Source of the DNA: Octopus sinensis | Lineage: Eukaryota | Length of the DNA: 64,000 nt | Direction: 5' to 3' | NCBI RefSeq assembly: GCF_006345805.1 | Contig: NC_043004.1 | Coordinates: 30,752,001 to 30,816,000, forward strand | Shown: piece by piece, positions 12,645-25,873 of the stretch | Position numbering within the stretch: position 1 is the stretch's first letter | How the letters are laid out: every line of letters begins with the position of its first letter | Program-made: the position numbers and the translations under genes | Notes under the pieces: model-generated | The model's database searches: none | What the model was told of the DNA's origin: nothing | Seen by the model: the letters and a program-made list of their open reading frames with translations, nothing else

Positions 12645-14625
12645 ATCTAGAGTAATGACATAGTACTGTAACAGTTTAGGTTTCAAGGGTCCATAAATTT
12701 TCAGTACCCTGTCAAACAATCTCAGAGATCTGTGAGGTGTAGATGTGGCTATTTCCAAAGAACTGAACACATTTTTATCTGAGATACCAGATGAACTCAC
12801 ATTACAGCAGGAAACACAAAAAAGAGTAACTTTGTCACACTTGTTACATCATCAGTAACAATTCCAGAGAAAAAAAACTGGGAAGCAAGTGTGAAATTGA
12901 AACCAGTTGCACATAAGGTGGTGCCCCAACATGGCCACAGACTCTGGCTGAAACTAGAAAAAGAAAAAGCAAAGTAAGAATCTTTTATAGAATTTCTCGT
13001 AATAATTATATCTAATTAAGGCACAAAACAGCAGCTTTGAAGGGAGAGTATTTGTTGATTCCATTGACCCTAGTATAAGACTGGTACTTTATTTTATATA
13101 CATCAAAATGATTAATGGTAAAGTTGGTCTCACTGGGATTTGAACACGAAATATATAGAGCTCGAATACCCAAAATATTGTTTTCTTTTTCCTGGCTCTA
13201 GTGAATCTCTCACCGTAACACATAAAATCTTCTCTTAAAGTATTATTATATATAACTACATATTATATAATTGTATATACACATTTGATAGGTTAAATTT
13301 TACATCTATACACTGTTTTTCAGGAATTATCCTCCTTTATTTTGTTAAAACTTATATAAATGAAGCTAGTATCCAATAGATTTAAACATCTCATTAACAA
13401 ACATAAATTTGTTAGATTTATCCAAGATCTTCATAAATCTTCTCGAGTTATTCCTCAATCAATTACAGTAATCTTAATTCATTTATTTTCACTTTTACCA
13501 TGCTTACTTCTTTCATTCTACAACTTTACTTGCTAATGTGATACATACATACACACATACACATGCACACACGAACATATATATATATACTTTTCATGAA
13601 TCTACATTAAATTCATTGCTTTGTCAATATCCATGTGTGTGTGTGTGTGTGTGTCTGTGTCTGTGTCTGTGTCTGTGTGTGGTGTGTTCTCATTTTCCTT
13701 CTATTTTTGATAAGCATAACATATAGAGAATTACAAATTCAGCTCATTCACACTAATAAACAATGGTTTTATTTACATTCTTTACTGATAAATAGAAGTT
13801 TTAATGATCTTTCAAGAAGCTCATTATAAATAGCACATATAATATAAGGCTTCAATTTCAACATCAAGAAAATATAATACACAGAAAGAATGCATACAGA
13901 GACAATATAAGTGTTAAAAATAAACTGAAAGAAGTGAAAACTACTTAGATTAGAATGAGCACTGCATTCATGAGCTTGTTGATAAGTTACACACACACAC
14001 ACATCATCATCATCATCATCATCAGTGGATTATATATCCGAAAAAGAAGCACACTCTAAAGGTAAGAACTATAATGTATTTGCATGAAGTTAAATATATG
14101 TATAGACACAGAGTGACCAATGATTTTGCATCCAGAGTCGTCTGTAAAAACGATAAGTCTGTCCTCAAATATTGTCCGCACCCTGTATTTCATGGAGAGG
14201 ATGTTTTTTCTATGTATATAGCAGAGTTGAAAAATTGATGAAACCAAGATGTTCTGTTGATCTGAAAACTAGCCTTCTATATCTGCATTGGTTTGAAATT
14301 GTACAATAGTATTATGAAATTTTAGTATTCATACTAGTGTACACAAGCAAAATAATTTATTATACACTGACATAAAAATTATTTTTACATGATGAAGGCT
14401 ACAAAATGGCCATCACCCTACGGATAGCAACTGGTGAAAGAAATATATTCATCTCTCATATCTCCTGATTTTCTTTCTGGTCTACGTTTGTGTGTGTGTG
14501 TGTGTGTGTGTGTGAATTGTGTTTCCTCTCCTTGGCACCACATGAAAGTTGTAAATAACTATCACCATCATCGATGTAATGTCATGTAATGTCATTTGTT
14601 TTTCAAAAATATTACCTTATTTTTT

Positions 14626-15023
14626 GGTGCAGGAGTGGCTATGTGGTAAGTAGCTTGCTTATCAACCACATGGTTCCGGATTCGGTCCCACTGCGCAGCA
14701 CCTTGGGCAAGTGTCTTCTACTTTAACCTCGGGCCTTGTGAGTGGATTTCGTAGACGGAAACTGAAAGAAGCCCGTCGTATATATGCATATGTATATATA
14801 TGTGTGTGTATGTTTCTGTGTCTGTGTTTGTCCCCCCAACATCACTTGATAACCAATGCTGGTGTGTTTACGTCCCCATAACTTAGCAGTTTGGCAAAAG
14901 AGTCCGATAGAATAAGTACTAGGCTTACAAAGAATAAGTCCTGGGGTTGATTTCCTCGACTAAAGGCGGTGCTCCAGCATGGTTGCAGTCAAATGACTGA
15001 AGCAAGTAAAAGAGTAAAAGAGT
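14626..15023 (+). mobile_element. Full-length type A SINE inserted into the body of an older type B SINE
   Basis: Complete head to AAAAGAGT tail. The type B body (...AATATTACCTTATT) resumes after it (TATTTGGAAACAGGTGAGGGTTGGC...CATGCCAGCATGG) and runs into (GAT)n. Confidence 0.85.
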
Positions 15024-15137
15024 TATTTGGAAACAGGTGAGGGTTGGCAATGTGAAGAGAAGTCAACATCCACAAAAAAAATCTACCTCAATTGATGCTG
15101 TCTGATCCATGCCAGCATGGAAAATCAGAAGTTAAGA

Positions 15138-15421
15138 CGATGATGATAAGGAGGAGAATGAGGAAGATGGAGGCGATGATGATGATGATGATGATGATGA
15201 TGGTGGTGGGGGGGGGGGGGGTGATGATGATGATGATGATTGATGATGATGATGGTAATGACGATGATGATGACGATGATGATGATGATGATGATGATAA
15301 TGATGATGATGATGATGATGATGACGATGGTGATGACGATGACGATGACAATGATGATGATGGTAATGATGATGATGATGATGATGACGATGACGATGAT
15401 GATGATGACGATGATGGCAAC

Positions 15422-15455
<34 letters not shown>

Positions 15456-15475
15456 GTAATGATGATGATGATGCA
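15138..15475 (+). repeat. Expanded imperfect (GAT/GAC)n trinucleotide tract at a SINE tail
   Basis: Read directly; starts immediately after the RTE-type tail. Confidence 0.9.
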
Positions 15476-15766
15476 ATAAACTTTAATTTATAGAAACCTT
15501 ACCATTATATATTAAATCAAGTATTTATTGTCTGCCCACATTCTAATTTGATATTGAATTCTGTACATAAGTTGAAAAGCCCACTCATTCGCACATACAC
15601 ATGCACACAAACACATATACACACATATTCTCACAAACACACACGTGTGCATGCACACACACACACACACATACAACACATCAGAATACATAATAAATGT
15701 ATGCATATACCAATATATATGTATGTACATATGTGTGTGTGTATATATATATATATTTATATATAC

Positions 15767-15820
<54 letters not shown>

Positions 15821-15824
<4 letters not shown>

Positions 15825-15937
15825 GGAGAGAGAGAGAGAGGGGGGAGGAGACATACTGACAGACAGACAGAGACAGAAAGAGTGATAGATGGGTAGAGAT
15901 ATATATATATATATACATTCTTGTGTGTATGTATGTT

Positions 15938-15982
<45 letters not shown>

Positions 15983-16105
15983 TATATATAGAGGGAGAGA
16001 GAGAGAGAGGGGGGAGGAGACATACTGACAGACAGACAGAGACAGAAAGAGTGATAGATGGGTAGAGATATATATAATATATACATTCTTGTGTGTATGT
16101 ATGTT

Positions 16106-16140
<35 letters not shown>
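15821..16140 (+). repeat. ~169-bp tandem duplication with a unique core between microsatellites
   Basis: GAGGGGGGAGGAGACATACTGACAGACAGACAGAGACAGAAAGAGTGATAGATGGGTAGAG occurs at ~15839 and ~16008. Confidence 0.85.
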
Positions 16141-16152
<12 letters not shown>

Positions 16153-16330
16153 AATGTGTGTATGTGTATGTATATATATGTATGTGTGTACATATGTATA
16201 TATGCATATACACACACACAGAAAAACACACATTTGTATACATACATATATGTGTATATGTGTTTGTGTGTGTGTGCATGTGTATATGTGAGTGCATGTG
16301 TTTGTATGTGTATGTGTGTGTGTGTGAATA

Positions 16331-16393
<63 letters not shown>

Positions 16394-16542
16394 TTTAATT
16401 CTGTGGCTTAATGAAAGAAACCCATGCAGGCAACAGAGAGAACCTTTGAAAACAAATTCCAGTCAGAGATTCTATATTAAAAAAGAGATATAAAACTTTA
16501 TTTATTATTAATATTGTTATTATTATTATTATTATTATCATC

Positions 16543-16580
<38 letters not shown>

Positions 16581-16584
16581 CATC

Positions 16585-16649
<65 letters not shown>

Positions 16650-17001
16650 CATTATTGATTTATCTCCAATAATTTGTTTATTTTCTTAGTGATTTTTATC
16701 CAATTTTGTTGGAGAATGCTTTTTTTTGTCAAGACTTTTTTTTCCCTCATTTCTTCCTATTTCTAATTTTCAAATCTTTACAATGATATCACAGTAAATG
16801 AAGAATAGAATTTAATCTATAATCTAGATCTTTCTTTATCTTATAATATTGATGTTAGATATTTCTACAATAATAAATGAATCATATCGTTAGATTTATT
16901 TTTTATGGTGGTTTCATCTATTGCTATCATTGTTAACAACAATTCTTCAATCTACATCTGTATACATACATTCAGATACTTGCTTAGCTATGCATGTATA
17001 A

Positions 17002-17049
<48 letters not shown>

Positions 17050-17124
17050 GCATGTGTGTGTGTATTTACATATACACATATATTCACAAGCACATGCATA
17101 TTTATATGTGTGTATATATATATA

Positions 17125-17175
<51 letters not shown>

Positions 17176-18114
17176 TATTCATCTATTCATCTATCGTTCT
17201 CTCTCTCACTCTCTCTTTCTCTTTCATAATACATATATCTTGAGAGAGAGAGAGAGAGAGAGTGTGTGTGAGAAATAGACAAACAGAGATTTTGATTGAC
17301 ATATACATACACATATGCATATTTATAATATATGCATCTACATATATATGTGTGTCTGTCCAAGTTCAAGAGAGAGTCAGAAAATAATGCAATTTTTATT
17401 TGCAATGTTTCTTGACTCCTATAAAATACAAAATTAAGTCAAGAAGCAATGCAAATAAAAATTGCAGACTCACTCGTGTATATATGTATGTATGTGCATA
17501 TGTATGTATATGGATGTGTGTGTGTATGTATGTATGTATGTATGTATGTATGTATGTATTTATGTATGTATGTATATGGATGTATGTATTTATATGGATG
17601 TGTGTATATCATATATATCAACATACATATATTTGTAAATATATATATATGTATATCAATATATCAAAACGTATATATTATATATAAATGTATATATATA
17701 TATTTGTATATTTATATATGTATATGTGTGAGTAGGGGGTAAGTGTGTGTGTGAGCATGCACATGTGTGTGTGTGTATGTGTCTGTGTGTGTGTTTATGT
17801 GGGTTGTGACTTATGATACTACTATTATTACAGTTCTTTAGTAGATATTTTTATATTGACACCCATGACTATATATGTACAAACACACATGCTCATATAT
17901 ATAAATAAATATATATATATGAATGCATGTGGGTGTGTCTCCTTTCCATCATTATTATCAATAGTTCTTTAATCTTTATATACACCCAAAAATATATATA
18001 TATATATTTAGGACAAATAACAGAGTGATTCAACGGTTAAGAATTTTGTGTGTTGGCACTAATTCATTAATCTTTTAGCCCTTGAGTCACTCTGTTACTT
18101 CTGCCAAATCAAAT

Positions 18115-18670
18115 GTCACCAATGTTGGTGTCCTTACATCCCTATCACTTGGTGGTTTAGCAAGAAGAGACAGATAGAGTAAGTACTAGGCTTACAAAGA
18201 ATAAGTCCCGGGGTCGATTTGTTCAACTAAAGGTGGTGCTCCAGCATTTCCACAGTCAAATGACTGAAACATGTAAAAGAATAAAAGAATATATATATAT
18301 ATGGTACAATCCCACTGCGTGGCACCTTGGGCAAGTGTCCTCTACTATAGTGCCAGGCTGACCAAAGCCTTGTGAGTGAATTTGGTAGATGGAAACTGAA
18401 AGAAGCTAGTCATAAATATAAATATATATATATGTGCATGTGTGTTTGAGTGTGTGTGTATCTGTGTGTTTTAGTGTCTGTGTTTGTCCCCTCACTATCA
18501 CTTGACAACCAATGTTGTGTTTATATCCCTGTAACTTAGAGGTTTGGCAAAAGAGACTGATAGAATAAGTAGTAGGCTTACAAAGAATAAGTCCTGGGGT
18601 CGATTTGTTTGACTAAAGGTGGTACTCCAGCATAGCCACAGTCAAAATGACTGAAATAAATAAAAGAATA
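18115..18670 (+). mobile_element. Two tandem 5'-truncated type A SINE copies
   Basis: A 3' half at ~18115-18290 and a near-full copy at ~18303-18670 match the SINE consensus in this window. Confidence 0.8.
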
Positions 18671-18700
18671 AAATATATATCTATATATATCTATATATCT

Positions 18701-18758
<58 letters not shown>

Positions 18759-18815
18759 GTATATATGTATATATATATACACACACACACATACATACAT
18801 ATATGTATATATACA

Positions 18816-20081
18816 CAAGGAGGTACCCAAAAGAAACTGGAATTTTGCAATATTATTTTATTCACTTGGTTTTACGTGTTTAAACATTTATCACCTTCGA
18901 AGTATTCTTTATTTGAAGCAATGCATCAGTTGAGAAGTGTTTTTCACTATTTGGAGCAGTCCTAGAACTTTTGCGAATTGATGTTTTTTCTTCACCTCTT
19001 CTGTATCTGCAAAATGTTTTCCTTGAAGGACATTTTTCATTCAGAGAAACAAAAGAAGTTGCAAGGAGCAAGATCGGTGAATAGAGAGAGTGGGTAACCG
19101 GGATCATGTCATTTTTGATTTAAAAAAATATTATCTGACACTCAAGGCAGTGTGCAAAGGTGCATTTTCATGATGAAGCCACCACTCTCCACTTTGCCAC
19201 TGGTCAGGGCAATTTCATCATACCATGTCTCACAAATGCTTCAAAACTGCCAAGAAAAATCTCTGGTTAACATTTTTACTAGGAGGAACAAATACTGTGT
19301 GGACAATTCCTTTTGCTTTGATAAAACAATTCAGCATTGTCTTAACATTAGACTTCATTTGATGCACTTTTTGAATGCTTCCATTGCCTTGTTGCTGCTT
19401 CGTTTCCAGGTCATAGCCGTAGCACCAGCAGTTGTCACCAGTGATGACCTTCCAAAAAAAGGTTTGAATCAACTTCCAACTGTTCTTTCAGTTCACAACA
19501 CGCTTTGAGTTGTGACTGCTTTTGATCTTCTGTGAGCAAGTGAGGCACAAATTTTGCTGCGACTCTTTTCATTTACAATTCCTCACACAAAATTCGTTCA
19601 GAGGAGTTCCAGGACACACCAGTCATACCAACCAGTTCATCAATTATTTGGGAATTGTCCTCCAAGATCAGTTCATGAATTTTTGTGATGTTTTCAGCCA
19701 TTTGAGAGGCCAATGTTTGCCCTGAATGAAGTTGGTCCTCAAGCGATAAGTAGATTATTCCTAAAGTATGAAAACCACTTGTAAACATCCTTGTAAACTG
19801 TCTGAAGCATGGGAACTGTTTCAGCTGCCGTTTTTCCCAACAGAAAACAGAATTTCACGGAAGCATGCAATCCCTTCATTTCGGCCATCGCTAAAATCAA
19901 TGAACAGGAGAGAAGTACCGCAAAACAAAGACACCACATGACAATACAACCCCAGCCAACAATGCCAGTTAGCAGAGTGATGCCTGAGAGTCACATCAAG
20001 TGGCTTCTAGTGGCAGAACCCTGAACTACAATGGGCTTGTCCCACAGAGAACATTTCCAATTACTTTTGGGAGCCCCCCTC
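18816..20081 (-). mobile_element. Mariner DNA transposon, degenerate (different family from 4469-5710)
   Basis: TIRs CAAGGAGGTACCCAAAAGAAACTGGAA / TTCCAATTACTTTTGGGAGCCCCCTC. Minus-strand fragments 'KFCFLLGKTAAETVPML' and 'VITGDNCWCYGYDLETKQQ'. Confidence 0.88.
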
Positions 20082-20155
20082 ATATATATATATACATTTA
20101 TAATTATAATATATATATATAATAATAATAATTTTATATATACATAATAATAATA

Positions 20156-20208
<53 letters not shown>

Positions 20209-21765
20209 TAAATAATATAAATAATAGTAATTCTATATATAATAATGATAATTATAAATAAAGAGAATAATACATGTACACAGTTTTTATTTTTATAGCC
20301 AAATGTACAGCATATTCAGCCTAAACCTGTCCAACATATGTTTCTGTTGTATGGATGCACATCTTGCAATGTGGTTTACATTTGCATCTGATTTGTTCAT
20401 CTGATTAAGAGGGTATGCAGCTTTGTTCAAGGTGCTGCCACTAGTATAGTTTGAAGGAAACTGAAGTATCAAGCTTTAGATAGTACCATATTTGGTAGGG
20501 GATGAAAGTTTTTGAGTGCAAAGAATGGTAGGGGAATATTTAGAAACCTGATATAGCTTTAAAATCAGTTATCAGATTGACCCTATGATGACCCCCAAGG
20601 TTTGGAATTTGAATGATGAATGCTAGATCTTAAACTCAGCCAGAGTATATTAGTCTTAAGTGAAGTAAAAAGGAGTAAATTTCAGTGATAGATATATACA
20701 TTTAAGGGTCACTAAGTCAAATGTAATTTAGAAATATGAATTATGCAGAATTTACTTGTATTGTGCACAATGTTTAGAATCATTCCACCTGAAGTGAAAT
20801 CCAAATTTTTAGTAATATAAGTCAACATTAAATCTACATATAGATAACATCCTCCCAGATATAGAATAAAATTATTCCCGATGTAAAGTGTTACATATGA
20901 AGAATACTATTTAGTTGGATTATAATTGCTTCAAGCTAGACATTGCATTAATATTTACTCTGTAAACTCTAACACCTCCAATATATGTGATATTTACTTG
21001 ATTAAAAACCTTTCCTAGGGAAATATCTGAAAGTTTTTCCATGAAGTTGTGCACATTTTAGAGTTAATTCCTGTTTACTATTCAATAACTGGCATTTGGT
21101 ATTTATACATGAAATTATGTAAAGATCTGCTCCATCTTTCCTATTTTATATTTATATCAAAATTAGTGTTTCTATTTTTTAGGGACCAAATAAACCCATT
21201 TAAGTTTGTACTATACATTTTGTCTCTATCTCTGAAGAAAGGTAAGGGATTAGCTAATCTCACCTTGAAAGTAGTAAAGCATGCTCCTATATAACAATGT
21301 GATATCTTACCTGACATAACCCTACACCTATAAACTAAATTTTTTCCTCAAACATTGTGCATTGAAAAGGAAAATTTTCTTGCCAAAGCTACAAAGGTTT
21401 TTAGCAATACTAGTTCAACTTGTACTAATGGGATCAGAATTAGATCCCTTCTCCATATTTCTATCTAAAGATCTACTAGTGTTTACATTTAGGCTATACT
21501 CTTGAGTTTTCATGTTATTCTGTCTAAAGTTTATTACTTCTGGTTCAACACAATTAAGAATTGCATTAGTTGCCTCCTTTCCACTGCTCACCTCCAGTAT
21601 CCTATACATTTCCTTTGCATTGTCAACAAGTGCTGTGTTCAAAATACCACAAGGTTGACTGAATATAGTAACCCTGTCTATTCACTACATGACCGATACC
21701 TATCTGGATATATTTTCCCCAACATATTCGCTACACTAATAATTATATATATATACACATATATA

Positions 21766-21766
<1 letters not shown>

Positions 21767-21813
<47 letters not shown>

Positions 21814-23160
21814 GATTATTATTTTCTCTCTATCACAGGTTTTGTTGGAGCTCTTGGAGTCTTGCATGCATAGCGGGCTTACAACCTGCAGCCTACGGTA
21901 CCATGCTATTCATTCTTTTCAGCTACCTAATATTTTCCTGATTATTTTGGCCGTACCAAAGAGGCAAACCTTTTGTAACAGTTCTACTGGGCACTCTATT
22001 CCAATTTCCTTTATATTCCTCTTTATACCTTCTGATACTGTTCCCAAGGACCCAATAATAATTGGCACTATCTTCACCTTCTTCATTTTCCATTGCCAGG
22101 TTATTTCGTACGTAAGAGGGTTGTATCTATCTATCTTTTTGCCTTCCTTCTTGACTATTCATGAGTCAAAGGGGCATGCAACACCAACTATATAGCATAT
22201 ATGGTGTACCTTGTCCACCACCACTAGGTTCAGTCTGTTATGCTCTAGCATCTGATCTGTTTGGATTGGGAAATCCCAGAGGATTTTGCTAGTCTCCAAC
22301 TCTACCACTCTCTGTGGATTGTGCTCATACCATGTCTTGCCTCTCTCTAGCCCCCACATTTTCTAGTGTAGCACTTTCGATATCTAGTCATGTTGCTGCA
22401 ACTTGTAGTGGCTTGGGGCACACCTAGGGCATTCGTTCGTGATATGGGAAATGGTTTCAGCCACTCTATTGCAGATGCAGCACAGCAGAGACACCTGCTC
22501 ATTCCTAAAGTTGACCCTCCAGTTCGTGGCCAAAGCTTGGTCTTGTGTTACCAGTATAGTGCTCTCAGTCCCTTTTTTAAGGTTCCTTTCATCAGCCAAT
22601 CCCACCTATATTTTACAGCAACTTCTGTTGTGGTTACATGGAATTGGTTGTGGAGTCCCTTGTTGCGTAATTCTTCTTCATGTCCTTTTTGTACTTCTTC
22701 CTTTGTTTTTCTTTTTTCTATCCTCTCAATACTCCCTTGTTCATAACTGTCACTAGCAAAGCTTCCTTACTTTGGGCTAGGTATCTCATTAAGCTCTCAA
22801 GTTTTATATGCACACAGTCTTCCACACTTATCAGTCCCCTTCCTCTATTTGCTTTCTTCATGTATAGGCGATCAGTGTCGGCACATGAATGATGGGCTCC
22901 ATGCTTCGTTAGGAGCTTTCTTATCTTCCTGTCCATCTCTTTTAGCTCCTCCTCTGTCCACTTCAGGATTCCAGCACCATCATACCAAACTACTGCGACT
23001 GCATGTAAGTTTGTTGCTTAAATTATATTTCTTGCATTCAACTTTGAAGCCAATATTTTTCTCACTGCCACAAGTACTCTCTTTTTTGACTTTTTCTTCA
23101 TGTCATGATGTTTGATTCCATCTGCCTTAAGTATTCCCATGTATTTTATAGCTGGATTGA
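21767..23160 (-). mobile_element. 5'-truncated R4/Dong-like (RLE) LINE with a (TAA)n tail
   Basis: Minus-strand fragments: 'RLYMKKANRGRGLISVEDC' (RT thumb), 'CCICNRVAETISHITNEC..HD' (CCHC knuckle) and 'ILWDFPIQTD..HNRLNLVVVDK' (PD-(D/E)xK endonuclease). (ATT)n at 21767-21823. Confidence 0.85.
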
Positions 23161-23267
23161 AGTTGAATTGCCTTTATCATTTCACCATCCTACTGAGTGA
23201 CTGTCTACAGCAGCACTGAGAACCTATTGGAAGAGGAGGGGGTAGAGAGAGGGGACGAAGAGGAAGC

Positions 23268-23441
23268 ATGTACTTAATGTACATGCTTTGTATATTTTTC
23301 AGTGGCTGCAATGGCATGCTGGAGTATATACACTCTCAAAGCGCTGGGTGTTATGACACCTCAGTGTCACCCAGAGATTATATACTCTTTCATGCTATTG
23401 CAACCGTCTGAAAATGCACAAAGCATATATATTAAGTATAT
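23268..23441. repeat. Imperfect inverted repeat, ~65-bp arms (old MITE-like)
   Basis: ATGTACTTAATGTACATGCTTTGTATATTTTTCAG..GAGTATATA is mirrored by TATATACTC..CTGAAAATGCACAAAGCATATATATTAAGTATAT. Confidence 0.7.
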
Positions 23442-23505
23442 GTAGTTAATAATATTTATTATGCTAGAGCTGTTTTTATTTCATACATACATATGCATAT
23501 GTATG

Positions 23506-23564
<59 letters not shown>

Positions 23565-23748
23565 TATATATGTACACACACACACATATTGTGTAGGTAG
23601 TTAGGGTAAATCACAGCTGTTTCGCTTTGAAACACACATGCTTATTCCATTATTATAACCCAGTATGAAGTCTCAGTGACTGCTGTATGTTAGTCCAAAG
23701 TACATATTAAAACTGAGGACTATGGAAATATTACTTGCAGAATTATTG

Positions 23749-23967
23749 TATAACCAAACAGGAAATTTGAAATTTATTGGTATTATTTATTCACCATTAC
23801 ACATGTTTCATATGCTAATAGGAATTACAAAGTTTTACTTGTTTTACATGTAAGGAATTTTCTATTCAAAATTCCTTACATGTAAAACTTTGCAATTCCT
23901 ATTAGCAAATGAAACATGTGTAATGGTGAATAAATAATACCAATAAACTTCCAATTTCCTGTTTGGC

Positions 23968-23971
<4 letters not shown>
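23749..23971. repeat. Fold-back palindrome, ~100-bp arms, ~6-nt loop
   Basis: CCAAACAGGAAATT..ATGTAAGGAATTTT-CTATTC-AAAATTCCTTACAT..AATTTCCTGTTTGG, with a 9-nt duplication in the left arm. Confidence 0.85.
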
Positions 23972-24022
<51 letters not shown>

Positions 24023-24042
24023 TATACATACATATATATGCA

Positions 24043-24136
<94 letters not shown>

Positions 24137-24138
24137 CC

Positions 24139-24174
<36 letters not shown>

Positions 24175-24839
24175 TTCACATACATACATACATATATATA
24201 TATGTGTGTGTGTACATACATAAATATACATGCATACATACATACATACAAACACACACACATACATACACACACACATACATACATACATACACACATA
24301 CATACATACACACACACACACATATATACATACATACATACATACATACATACATACATACATACATACATACATACATACATACATACATGTATACATG
24401 TGTGAGTGAGAGTATGTGTTTTGGTAAGCAGAATTCCAGATCTGTATCTAAAAGGAAGTTTAGAATTGTTTAGATTTATAATCTTCGTTTATGCATATGA
24501 TAGACCATCTCACCAGCCAGTCATTCACTCCACTCATCTATCTCTCCATCTTTCTTTCTATCTTTCCATCCATCTATCCATCCATCCAGCTTTTCTTCTA
24601 TTCATCCATCCATTCATACATTCATCCATTCCTCCATCAATCTATCTATACATCTTTCTATCCATCTAAATATCCACCCATGCATCCTTCTATACATTCA
24701 TCCATCGGTACAGAATCATCCATCCATCCATCTTCAGTAGAATAATGTAAAACAGAGAAAGATTTTTAAAAATCATTTTAAGAAAATTTTTTGCTCAATT
24801 ATTGTATCAAGAACTTTTTGCAAAATCTTTTTATATATA

Positions 24840-24873
<34 letters not shown>

Positions 24874-25873
24874 GAGGCACACACACAAACACACACAGGT
24901 GTGCAAACAAGTCTATATGCATGCATTCTTTGGTAATATACAAATGTATACATTTATGTGCATGTGTATACAACTATATGAGTATCATAAAATGCAGTTA
25001 ACTTTCAGCCCTGTTAAACACTAACCTTTTACGCCCCACTTCCTTGTTTGGAGAAGAATTAGCACTTAACCTTGTTGAGCATTTATCACAACCTAATTCC
25101 TATCCACTTTCTATTGTTATGCCCTCATCTTCTTCTTCTTCTTCTTCTTCTCCCCTCCTCCTCCTCCCCCTCCTCATCCTCCTCTTCCTTCTTCTTTTCT
25201 CTTTGCCCATCTTGTTCTCTCTCTTATATATGTCTGTATGTATGTCTGTGTGTGTGTGTGTGTGTGTGTGTGCATGTGCATGTGTATGTGTGCGTGCGTA
25301 TTCTTTTGAGAAGGCACTTAGCTTAGTGGTTAGGTATATTTAGCTCATGATCATAAAGTTGTAAGTTCAATTCCTGGCAGCATGTTTTGTCCTCCTTGAG
25401 CAGGACATTTTATTTCACATCACTCCAGTTCACTTAACTGGCAAAAATGAGTTATAACTATAGTTTAAAGGGCCAGCTCATCACATTGTGTACCATGCAG
25501 AATCTCCCAGAGAATTGCTATAAGGGTACATGTGTCTTCAGAGTGCCCTGCTACTTGCATATTAAATCCTGATGTTTGCTTCCCTAGATTATGAATATTT
25601 TGGGGAGTGTAAATCCAAGACAATTATAATAAATATGCAAATGTACCAATGTCCATATTCATTGTAACTGAGCTATACATACATATATATTAGGGCTGGT
25701 AATGGTTTATTTAATTTTAATAATTGACTTTTGAGAAATTGACAATTTATTAATAGTTAATTTCAATTAAAACACAAAGATGTCTGCAGTTGCATTTATT
25801 GACAAGTTTATGATACTTCAATTAAAATTCAGTTAAAAACAGGAAATAGCATAAGCGTTTTCTTACTCAAATG

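Larger units (their letters stand above)
10548..12970 (+). mobile_element. CR1-type LINE 3' remnant, split by two hAT insertions (pieces 10548-10636 and 12653-12970)
   Basis: Joining the flanks at ATCTAGAG restores degenerate 'EGLAPIFGIESYT..HYYIVSKIISSLSRVMT*YCNSLGFKGP..LRDL*GVDVA..ELNTFLSEIPDE'. The 3' UTR ends GGTGGTGCCCCAACATGGCCACAG..GCTGAAACTAG. Confidence 0.7.

Noticed and set aside
14056-14260. Open frames on both strands in unique sequence
   Set aside because: Short, with no recognisable domain and no consistent splice boundaries apart from the 36-nt candidate already listed.
14626-14700. tRNA gene-like A and B boxes
   Set aside because: These are SINE heads followed by SINE body; no complete cloverleaf with an acceptor stem was found.
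15088-15493. Poly-Asp, poly-His, poly-Ser and poly-Met ORFs (also 49949-50503)
   Set aside because: They are trinucleotide tracts, the first being a retroposon tail; there is no unique coding sequence or splice context.
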